Source: Rhizobium phage LG08
Length of the DNA stretch: 24,000 nucleotides
Reading direction: 5' to 3' (one strand)
Sequence record: PP429226.1
The notes below the pieces were generated by a model. That model was not told the origin of the DNA and searched no databases. It was given only the letters and a program-made list of their open reading frames with translations. Within the stretch, counting starts at the first letter, position 1; every line of letters begins with the position of its first letter. Position numbers and translations under genes: made by a program. Positions 15,997 through 22,898 of the stretch are shown piece after piece.

Positions 15997-16485
15997 ATGG
16001 ACTCTTCAAAAATTCTGCTGGTTTCGAGAATCGGTGCCACGAATTTGGTAGAGGCCGAAATCGATCCTCTTCCCCTCCAGCTCCTCGACGGAATGGAACC
16101 GACTAACTCTTTCGGATCGTATGATCCTATAGGGAAGTTCGTCAAGAATCCTATCCGTTACGATTCCGATATGACCGAGATGCTGGAAAGAGCTTGTTCT
16201 GTAGGTCTTGTCCTGGTTGACGAGGCTGAAGATATCAGAGAAATCCCATTCTCGAAAATCTGCACGGATCAGAAAGTCATCGTTCGAGACAAAGTCAAAG
16301 GACTCATCGAGAAGATGCAATCTGGTGGATGGGATGCCAACAGAGGATATCCCATTGCTGTGAGGTTCGAGTATGGTGACAAGTGGATTATCCGAGATGG
16401 GAATCATCGTGCTTCTGCCGAGCTGCTACTTGGCGCTTCTAATCTCAAATGTCTTGTGATCCACGTCAAAGACTCCTTTATGTAA
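15997..16485 (+). CDS. ParB/sulfiredoxin-like domain protein (162 aa) on the opposite strand to all neighbours
   Basis: RFEYGDKWIIRDGNHRASAELLLGASNLKCLVIHV resembles the ParB-like (V)DGxxRxxA...LG...VPV motif; ends just before a hairpin; fills the only long gap in the minus-strand array. Confidence 0.7.
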   Translation: MDSSKILLVSRIGATNLVEAEIDPLPLQLLDGMEPTNSFGSYDPIGKFVKNPIRYDSDMTEMLERACSVGLVLVDEAEDIREIPFSKICTDQKVIVRDKVKGLIEKMQSGGWDANRGYPIAVRFEYGDKWIIRDGNHRASAELLLGASNLKCLVIHVKDSFM

Positions 16486-16494
16486 ACCCTACGC

Positions 16495-16515
16495 GAGGCC
16501 AGAAATCCTGGCCTC
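16495..16515. terminator. hairpin GAGGCCAG-AAATC-CTGGCCTC between convergent genes (possible bidirectional terminator)
   Basis: Perfect 8-bp GC-rich stem, 5-nt loop, at the convergent junction; no clear U tract on either strand. Confidence 0.5.
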
Positions 16516-16523
16516 TGAGGGGA

Positions 16524-16625
16524 TCATAGTCCTCCACGTAATCCGCGGATATAGTAACTTGTGACTGCGAGCCATACGACGATGACCGTGGCAAATACTA
16601 CGACGTGAGTTAGTAATTCCTTCAA
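16524..16625 (-). CDS. small putative single-pass membrane peptide (33 aa: MKELLTHVVVFATVIVVWLAVTSYYIRGLRGGL)
   Basis: TTG start overlapping the upstream stop (TTGA); AAGG-rich upstream sequence; strongly hydrophobic core. Below track cutoff. Confidence 0.5.
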   Translation of the reverse strand: MKELLTHVVVFATVIVVWLAVTSYYIRGLRGGL

Positions 16626-16849
16626 GACCTCTTCCTTTCACGGAATGCTCGAGCCGCTGCCAGCTTGTCTGAAGCTTCGAATTCCTTCTGAGTAGGTTTC
16701 TCACGACGAACTCGTTCAGGTCGAGCAGATCGACGACGGATTTCTGCTTCACGTTTCTGATCGATCTTCTTCTCGGCAGCACCGAAAATCTTGTTGATGA
16801 ACCATTCGAAGATCATGACGCCTACGATGAGCTTAATGAAACGAAACAT
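16622..16849 (-). CDS. small protein with N-terminal membrane-anchor-like segment and charged C-terminus (75 aa)
   Basis: MFRFIKLIVGVMIFEWFI... then Arg/Glu/Lys-rich tail; contiguous with neighbours. Confidence 0.65.
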   Translation of the reverse strand: MFRFIKLIVGVMIFEWFINKIFGAAEKKIDQKREAEIRRRSARPERVRREKPTQKEFEASDKLAAARAFRERKRS

Positions 16850-17148
16850 CAGTCGTCGTACTCCACAGCGCCCGGATAATCAGGATAAGGCTCGACGTAA
16901 TGTTCCTTTCGGCTTTCGTAGTGCCATTCCCAATTGTCCACTCCACCGAATTCGAGAGCGGAGAGTTCTGCTGATTCGCGGCAGAGACCGACGAGTTTGT
17001 CCATCGTGATGAACTCAACATGATCAGCCTCAGGCTTGTTCCGGTTCGTCATGAACAATGTAGTCTTCTTGAAGTTTTCGAGACCGAATTCGTCGATAGC
17101 ATCGGCGATGATCTTCTCGAGAGTTTCTTTGTGCTCTGCTGGCATCAT
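16849..17148 (-). CDS. hypothetical protein (99 aa)
   Basis: Overlapping start/stop with neighbours. Confidence 0.7.
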   Translation of the reverse strand: MMPAEHKETLEKIIADAIDEFGLENFKKTTLFMTNRNKPEADHVEFITMDKLVGLCRESAELSALEFGGVDNWEWHYESRKEHYVEPYPDYPGAVEYDD

Positions 17149-17672
17149 TTCAGAATTCCTTTCAACTGATTGAGCTCGTCAGTCAGGTCAGCAATTTCCT
17201 GAGCGAGCTTGTCGACATTGTTCAATGCCTTCTTCTTTTCTGCGATCTTCTTCTCCAGGTTCTTCAACCTATTCTGAGAGTTCACGTATTGCATGTACTT
17301 CGGGTTCATGCGTTCGTAGAACATCTCGTCGGTCTCAGGTCGCCTGATAACAACGTGAGATTCGAGGTCTCCGTTATAATCGGTTTCGACGTTGACCTTC
17401 AGGAGTTCGACGTTTCCGTCCTCTGCCTTCGCTCGAATCTTCTTGAATGATTCGATCATATCCTTCTTGGTCTTTTCGGCCCATTCTTCGATATCGTCTT
17501 CAGACGTGAAAGAGAGGTTATCGTTATAGACGTCGATGCAATCCTTGAAGAACGCAGGCTCGTGACCGAAAATGTCATAGTAATAAGACAAATTCACGTC
17601 GACGGTTTTCCTCTCGTGACCGTGAGCTGATGCCCATTTGAGGAAATCTTTGATGTCGGAAGCAGAAGGCAT
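17145..17672 (-). CDS. hypothetical protein with C-terminal coiled coil (175 aa)
   Basis: AAAGGAG SD; C-terminal heptad-like pattern. Confidence 0.75.
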   Translation of the reverse strand: MPSASDIKDFLKWASAHGHERKTVDVNLSYYYDIFGHEPAFFKDCIDVYNDNLSFTSEDDIEEWAEKTKKDMIESFKKIRAKAEDGNVELLKVNVETDYNGDLESHVVIRRPETDEMFYERMNPKYMQYVNSQNRLKNLEKKIAEKKKALNNVDKLAQEIADLTDELNQLKGILK

Positions 17673-17692
17673 TTCATTCTCCTTTAGAGAAT

Positions 17693-17716
17693 GGAGGAAA
17701 CCGAATGATTTCCTCC
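17693..17716. promoter_or_regulatory. intercistronic hairpin GGAGGAAA-N8-TTTCCTCC
   Basis: Perfect 8-bp inverted repeat between two minus-strand CDSs. Confidence 0.5.
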
Positions 17717-17726
17717 TGGATTGAGA

Positions 17727-17972
17727 TTACTCGATGCCGAGAGCGGCCTTGTAGGTTTCGAAGATAGTTTCTTCTTCGACTCGCTCTGCAGGGTCCTGGC
17801 GACGAGCACGAATGATCTTCCGGGTGGCCTTCTTGTCGTAGCCAGAAGAATGGAGCTCGTCAAAGACGGCCTTGATATCACCCTGGATATTCCGCTTTTC
17901 TTCTTCGAGACGCTCGATGCGTTCAACGAAAGAGCGGTATTCTGCAGATGCGGTCTTGTTTACTTCGGTCAT
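17727..17972 (-). CDS. hypothetical protein (81 aa)
   Basis: Minus-strand ORF in array; preferred over overlapping frame 17684..17926. Confidence 0.65.
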   Translation of the reverse strand: MTEVNKTASAEYRSFVERIERLEEEKRNIQGDIKAVFDELHSSGYDKKATRKIIRARRQDPAERVEEETIFETYKAALGIE

Positions 17973-17983
17973 TTCATTTCCTT

Positions 17984-18397
17984 TTAGGTTTTGAGGTGGT
18001 TAGAGTTGTTGCTTGTCATTCGTTCGACCGAATATTCCATGAGCATATGAGTCCTGGCTTCATGCCAATCGAACACGATACATTCAAGGACAGCCGAAAA
18101 TGAAATCGGTTCTCCGGTTTTGCAAATGAAAAGAGCATCTTGAATTGAGATGTTTTCGCTTACGAGATGAAGCTTAACACGATTTCTAAAGAATGTAAAA
18201 TCCTTTTTGAAACCCTGCTCATCTTTTTTGACCTCGAGATTTACGAGGATCGTCGGGTTACCGAACAAATCTCGACCCAGAGCCTGAGGGCTCGTGACGA
18301 GGCGGCGAGCGCCGGAGTCCATGCATTCAATGATCCAGATAGGATATGAGAAGCCTTTAAACATCTCATAAAATCCTGGAACCTTCTTCTCAGTCAT
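17984..18397 (-). CDS. hypothetical protein (137 aa, MTEKKVPGFYEMFKGFSYP...)
   Basis: ATG at 18397; track start at 18412 is further upstream. Confidence 0.7.
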   Translation of the reverse strand: MTEKKVPGFYEMFKGFSYPIWIIECMDSGARRLVTSPQALGRDLFGNPTILVNLEVKKDEQGFKKDFTFFRNRVKLHLVSENISIQDALFICKTGEPISFSAVLECIVFDWHEARTHMLMEYSVERMTSNNSNHLKT

Positions 18398-18454
18398 TTC
18401 CTGTATCTCCAATCTCTGGAATAGTGTAGGTATGGTGTGGTGTGGTTAAATGTA

Positions 18455-18484
18455 TGCTTACACCAATATTAAGGTTTAAGTAAA
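18455..18484 (-). promoter_or_regulatory. weak candidate promoter P8: TTTACT-N18-TAAGCA
   Basis: Located in the intergenic region downstream of the tail block; poorer match than P1-P7. Confidence 0.35.
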
Positions 18485-18499
18485 TACCTAAAATCCCCT

Positions 18500-18524
18500 C
18501 CAAGGCGAAATAAATCCGCCTCAG
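18500..18524 (-). terminator. possible terminator downstream of the tail gene block
   Basis: Minus-strand RNA CUGAGGCG-GAUUUAUUU-CGCCUUGG, 8 pairs including 2 wobbles, followed by GAUUUU; weak U tract. Confidence 0.4.
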
Positions 18525-18532
18525 AGAATTCT

Positions 18533-19708
18533 TTAACCTGTGAGTCTAGTTCCTAAGAGAGTGCCGGAGCCTGAATAAACGTATGGAGAGTTTGTCCAAA
18601 TGGAGAATCCGCCTGCTCCACCTGCACCAGGACCTCTCCATTGGCCACCGCCTCCACCGTTATTTCCAGGTTCTCCTGCTGCACCCCAATTTCCGTCGTT
18701 TCCTCTTTGACCGCGAGTGCCACCTGCTCCACCTGCTCCACCGTTTCCGCCTCTACCAGCGTTTGTACCGCCTGGTTGACCAGGTTCACCAGGTTGACCT
18801 CCTTGAGGACCTGCAGCCAATCCGCCTTGACCCCAGCCTCCTACACCATATGAGCCTATCCATTGACCAGGTCTTCCGCCGTCTGTATAATGATCTTGCC
18901 GACGTCTACGAGCGATTTCATAATAAGACGAGTGACCGTCGGGCTGGTATCTGAAAGCTCCTCGATAATATCTCCAGCCGTCATTACCATCACGTTCTGT
19001 GACGCCAGAACCGCCGGAACCTGATGCAGCACCTTTAACCTGATTGTCCCAAAGCTGCTGATTAGCATTCGAAGTCCAAGCTGCTAGCCAATAATTTTGA
19101 CGACCGCCTGTAAGATCATATCGAGGACCTTCATAGAACTCTTGAGTCCATCGTCCGCCGCCGCCTTGACCGCCTATTCCACCTACTCCACCGCCACCGC
19201 CACCGCCGCCAATAGTGCCGAAATTTTTGATTTCGACATTTCCGCGAAGGATAGAAATAGCTGCTCCGCCTTGTTTGCCGTTTACTTCAGCGGCGGTATC
19301 TCCGCCCCATCCATTTTGGCCTCCGTGGCCGTAAACAGCAGAGCCAGCTTGAATTTCGATGGTGACCTTACCTGTCCCTGTATCATTGGCCACCGTGATA
19401 GCTGCGGTTCCGATAGCATCCTGACAATAAACGATGGCATTATTTTTGATAATGACGTTGATAGCCAGATTCGATGCTGCTTCAGCTTCTGTCAAAAGAT
19501 CGCGGATTTTGAGTTGAGTTCTCGTTGCGGTGATTTCTTTCGTCAAGCCTCCGGATAATCCGTAGAAGTCAGAGAATTTAATAACTCCGGATGTTGGGAG
19601 CGTGGGAGCAGAGCCGTAAAAAGATGAAAGACCATACGGCGGAGTATTCCTATTGAACTCTGCCGCGATCTGCGTCATAGAAAGTGGTCCGGAAGTAGGT
19701 AGAGGCAT
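18533..19708 (-). CDS. glycine-rich phage adhesin/tail fibre-tip-like protein, paralog A (391 aa)
   Basis: N-terminal MPLPTSGPLSMTQIAAEF module, poly-Gly runs, collagen-like GxPGEPG segments; strong similarity to adjacent ORF. Confidence 0.8.
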   Translation of the reverse strand: MPLPTSGPLSMTQIAAEFNRNTPPYGLSSFYGSAPTLPTSGVIKFSDFYGLSGGLTKEITATRTQLKIRDLLTEAEAASNLAINVIIKNNAIVYCQDAIGTAAITVANDTGTGKVTIEIQAGSAVYGHGGQNGWGGDTAAEVNGKQGGAAISILRGNVEIKNFGTIGGGGGGGGVGGIGGQGGGGRWTQEFYEGPRYDLTGGRQNYWLAAWTSNANQQLWDNQVKGAASGSGGSGVTERDGNDGWRYYRGAFRYQPDGHSSYYEIARRRRQDHYTDGGRPGQWIGSYGVGGWGQGGLAAGPQGGQPGEPGQPGGTNAGRGGNGGAGGAGGTRGQRGNDGNWGAAGEPGNNGGGGGQWRGPGAGGAGGFSIWTNSPYVYSGSGTLLGTRLTG

Positions 19709-19721
19709 GTCTTTTTCCTTT

Positions 19722-20888
19722 TTAAATCCTTGGTCCGTCTAATGCTCCAGAACCTGCATACGTGTATGGACTATTTGACCAGATAGAAAATCCTGCAGGT
19801 CCACCAGAACCGTTTGGCCATGGAGGAGGATTTCCGCCTGCACCATTTCCGCCTTGACCGGCTTCACCTGGCTGACCAGATTGTCCTGGCTGACCTAGCG
19901 CACCACCGGCACCACCGGCACCACCGTTTCCGCCACGTCCTGCACCTGTAGCACCGGCTTGTCCTGGTTCACCTGGTTGACCGCCTTGAGGACCTGACGC
20001 TTGACCGCCTTGTCCCCATCCGCCGAGAGAGAATGTTCCAATCCATCTTCCGCCTTGACCACCGTTACCCCAGATGTTTTCCCATCTGCGACGACCTACG
20101 AAGTAGTAAGATGAGTGTCCGTCTGGTTGGAAAGCGAATTGTTCTCGATAATATCTCCAGCCGTCGTTACCATCGCGTTCTGTTACACCAGAACCGCCAG
20201 AGTTTGTTGGACCCGCGACCATCCGGTTATCCCAGAGAACGATGTTAGAGTTAGAAGTCCACCCAGCCATCCAGTAATTCTGCTGTCCGCCAGTAGGATT
20301 ATAGCGAGGACCTTCATAGAACTCTTGAGTCCAGTAACCGCTTCCGCCGTTACCTCCTGGGCCACCTACACCGCCACCACCACCACCACCTGAAGCTCTG
20401 CCATTGTTAGTGATCTTGGTGTTCGGACGGAGAATAGAAATTGCGGCTCCGCCTTGCTTGCCGTTTCTTTCGTTTGCGTCGCCGGAGTGCCATCCGTTCT
20501 GGCCACCATGCCCTACGACTCGAGAACCTGGATCGAGAACGATCTCGACTTCATTATTCCCGAAATCATTTCCTACTGTAATACCTGCAACTCCGAGAGT
20601 CTCAGAATAGACGGTAACGCCTGAACGAATATAGACGAACTTTTTGTTATCTGCGAGTCTTTCGGCTTCAGTAAAAAGGTCTCTCAAATTCAAAGCCGAT
20701 CGAGTCTGAACGACTTCTTTTACGATATCACCAGAGAGACCAAGGAAATTGCTCCACTTGATCTCGCCGGAAGTAGGAAGGGCCGCATTAGCTCCATAGA
20801 AATTCGAGAGGAGAACCGGACGGTTGGTCTTCCGGAACTCGCTTGCGATTTGAGAAAGGGTAAGAGGACCAACTGTCGGTAGAGGCAT
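19722..20888 (-). CDS. glycine-rich phage adhesin/tail fibre-tip-like protein, paralog B (388 aa)
   Basis: Same architecture as paralog A with shared blocks such as GGSGVTERDGNDGWRYYR and QPDGHSSYY. Confidence 0.8.
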   Translation of the reverse strand: MPLPTVGPLTLSQIASEFRKTNRPVLLSNFYGANAALPTSGEIKWSNFLGLSGDIVKEVVQTRSALNLRDLFTEAERLADNKKFVYIRSGVTVYSETLGVAGITVGNDFGNNEVEIVLDPGSRVVGHGGQNGWHSGDANERNGKQGGAAISILRPNTKITNNGRASGGGGGGGVGGPGGNGGSGYWTQEFYEGPRYNPTGGQQNYWMAGWTSNSNIVLWDNRMVAGPTNSGGSGVTERDGNDGWRYYREQFAFQPDGHSSYYFVGRRRWENIWGNGGQGGRWIGTFSLGGWGQGGQASGPQGGQPGEPGQAGATGAGRGGNGGAGGAGGALGQPGQSGQPGEAGQGGNGAGGNPPPWPNGSGGPAGFSIWSNSPYTYAGSGALDGPRI

Positions 20889-22672
20889 TATTCAATTCCT
20901 TTGAGCTTCTTGATTTCGTCGCGGAGAAGTCGGTTCTCGTATTCCATTGTAGATTTGAGTTCCTTAATCGCCTCGATGAAGTACCCAGCGAGCTGCATGT
21001 ATTTCACCGACTTGATACCGTCATGATTTGTATGAACGAGATGAGGATCAATCTTTTCGAGTTCCTGAGCGATAACACCTCGACCTGGAGAACCATGCAT
21101 ATTGTATTTGACGCCACGCATAGCAGAGACGCAAGAGAGACCATCCTTAATGGTTTCTACTTCTGATTTCAGAGATGCGTCTGACAGACCGCTAATGTCG
21201 TTAGGAGTTGTAATTGTTCCTGCTACATCGAGGTTGCCGGCGAGTTTCCAACCGGTAGTTCCGTTCGCAATCTTGAGTTCGACAGGGCCATTAGCGTCTT
21301 GTTCACCGATAGACCATTTCATCTGACCAGCTGCGTTATAACCAATGAGCATACCTGTCTTGGTTCCGGACGGCTGAATAGCGATACCGCCTGAAACAGT
21401 ATCCGGTTTCAGAAGAACCGTTCCGGTAAGAGTTCCGCCTGCTGTAGTCAGATAGTCACCAGAGACAGCAATATTCTTCCACGTCCCACCAGAAAGAATC
21501 TGGAGAGGATTGTTGGCATCATTCTGAATGCGAACTCGGTATGTGCCTACGAAACCGAAGTTGAACATGCCCGTGCCTCGGTTATCGAAGACTGCATGGC
21601 CATTATCGCCTGCCATTCTTTGAATACGGAAATCGTAGTCTCGAGTGGTGTTCGGTGTAGAGAAGAAGTTGAAAGATTGGTTTCGGCTCGTGCCTACACC
21701 TCTACCGAAGTTCACGGTTGAGACGAGTTCGAGATTTTCCTGCTTGTCAGAGTAGCCGATGTTGTCGTAGAGTTCATTGATCGCATTGACGATGGAAGAT
21801 TTTTCAGCAGTCTTCAGACCGCTGAGAGAACCGATTCCTACTACGACTTCATTGATCGCATTGACGAGAGTATTCTTGTTCTGAGTCTGGAGGTTGCTGA
21901 GATTACCAGTCCTGGCGATTTCAGCAACTTGACCACGAGGAACAGCATCAGTTTCTAAGACTGAAAGACCAAGGTTCCTGAGCTTTCGACCATTGAAATT
22001 GATGTCGGCAGAAGGCGAATTCGTTCCGTCAATCTTCAAGAAACCATCTGCTCGAACTTTCAGCTCATTGATAGCTTCGACGAGACTGTTCTTCCTGGTC
22101 GTGATCAAAGCAGACATGTCGCCGATGGCAGCATGGTTCTTGTTGACAGCAGAGATGAGGTTGTCATCTCCTGTTGCAAGGTTACCAATAAAGCCTACCG
22201 AACGATACACATCGTTGATAGCGCCTACGAGAGTAAATCGATCCTGAGTCATCAGGATAGACATGTCACCGATCGAAGTCGATGCGGAAGCAACAGAGTT
22301 AATGGCAGAAACGAGAGACGATTTTGACGGGGTCTGAAGAGCGTTCAGGTTACCGATTTCCTTGTCGTGCTCATTGATAGCTGCGACGAGGTTGTTCTTC
22401 GAAGTCGTCGTAAGATCGAGGAGGTTTCCTGTGATTTTCTCAAGAAGGAAACCATTCAAGAACTCACTATAAACAGAATTGAGGGCTGCCACGAGACTCG
22501 TCTTGTCACTGGTTTCCAACTGACCGACGTCACCGATGGCGACTTCGTTCGCGTTAGCCAGAATAGACACATCTCGGATACGACCGAAAGCGGTGTTTGC
22601 GCTGTCGATAGCCTCAGGAACAGTGGTCGTGCCAGGAATTACGGGAGGAATAGGAGTTGTATCGACGGACAT
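20888..22672 (-). CDS. long tail fibre with repeated xLxTxxKxSLVxAINxx units and C-terminal S74-like intramolecular chaperone domain (594 aa)
   Basis: At least six TxxKxxLVxAIN-type repeats; C-terminal LSDASLKSEV...MRGVKYNM...GVIAQELEKIDPHLV...SVKYMQLAGYFIEAIKEL. Confidence 0.88.
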   Translation of the reverse strand: MSVDTTPIPPVIPGTTTVPEAIDSANTAFGRIRDVSILANANEVAIGDVGQLETSDKTSLVAALNSVYSEFLNGFLLEKITGNLLDLTTTSKNNLVAAINEHDKEIGNLNALQTPSKSSLVSAINSVASASTSIGDMSILMTQDRFTLVGAINDVYRSVGFIGNLATGDDNLISAVNKNHAAIGDMSALITTRKNSLVEAINELKVRADGFLKIDGTNSPSADINFNGRKLRNLGLSVLETDAVPRGQVAEIARTGNLSNLQTQNKNTLVNAINEVVVGIGSLSGLKTAEKSSIVNAINELYDNIGYSDKQENLELVSTVNFGRGVGTSRNQSFNFFSTPNTTRDYDFRIQRMAGDNGHAVFDNRGTGMFNFGFVGTYRVRIQNDANNPLQILSGGTWKNIAVSGDYLTTAGGTLTGTVLLKPDTVSGGIAIQPSGTKTGMLIGYNAAGQMKWSIGEQDANGPVELKIANGTTGWKLAGNLDVAGTITTPNDISGLSDASLKSEVETIKDGLSCVSAMRGVKYNMHGSPGRGVIAQELEKIDPHLVHTNHDGIKSVKYMQLAGYFIEAIKELKSTMEYENRLLRDEIKKLKGIE

Positions 22673-22890
22673 TATGCAGCACCTCTTAACATCAAGATGA
22701 TGGACTCCAACTCCTCGATTTTCTTCTCGAGAGCCGTGATCCGTTCATCGGTTCTTTTTAGTCTTTCCGACTCTATTTTTTTGGCCTTCCTTTGTTGGAA
22801 AGCATCAAGGTCCGTCCGGATAATCGCTCCGGACGTGACGTCTCTTGCCAGAGTAGAGTCTTCTCTAACTCTGTGTAATTCTCTTTGCAT
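22672..22890 (-). CDS. small coiled-coil protein (72 aa), probably encoded with virion genes
   Basis: Overlaps fibre gene start (TAATG); heptad-like C-terminus. Confidence 0.65.
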   Translation of the reverse strand: MQRELHRVREDSTLARDVTSGAIIRTDLDAFQQRKAKKIESERLKRTDERITALEKKIEELESIILMLRGAA

Positions 22891-22898
22891 TTTTCACC

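Noticed and set aside
16006-16407. Minus-strand 133-aa ORF opposite the ParB-like gene
   Set aside because: The plus-strand frame has a recognisable motif and fits the gap boundaries better; the minus frame has no SD and a low-information sequence.
16454-16486. GGGTTTACATAAAGG on the minus strand considered as another early promoter
   Set aside because: No TA-type -10 at 17 nt and it would transcribe antisense into the ParB-like gene.
17684-17926. Minus-strand 80-aa ORF
   Set aside because: Almost fully overlaps the better-composed 17727..17972 frame and is Ser/Arg-rich.
18553-19068. Overlapping minus and plus ORFs inside adhesin paralog A
   Set aside because: Produced by repetitive glycine codons read in other frames or strands.
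19140-20400. Tandem GGN/CCN-rich DNA repeats considered as possible CRISPR or minisatellite
   Set aside because: They are codon-level glycine repeats inside coding frames, with no regular repeat-spacer structure.
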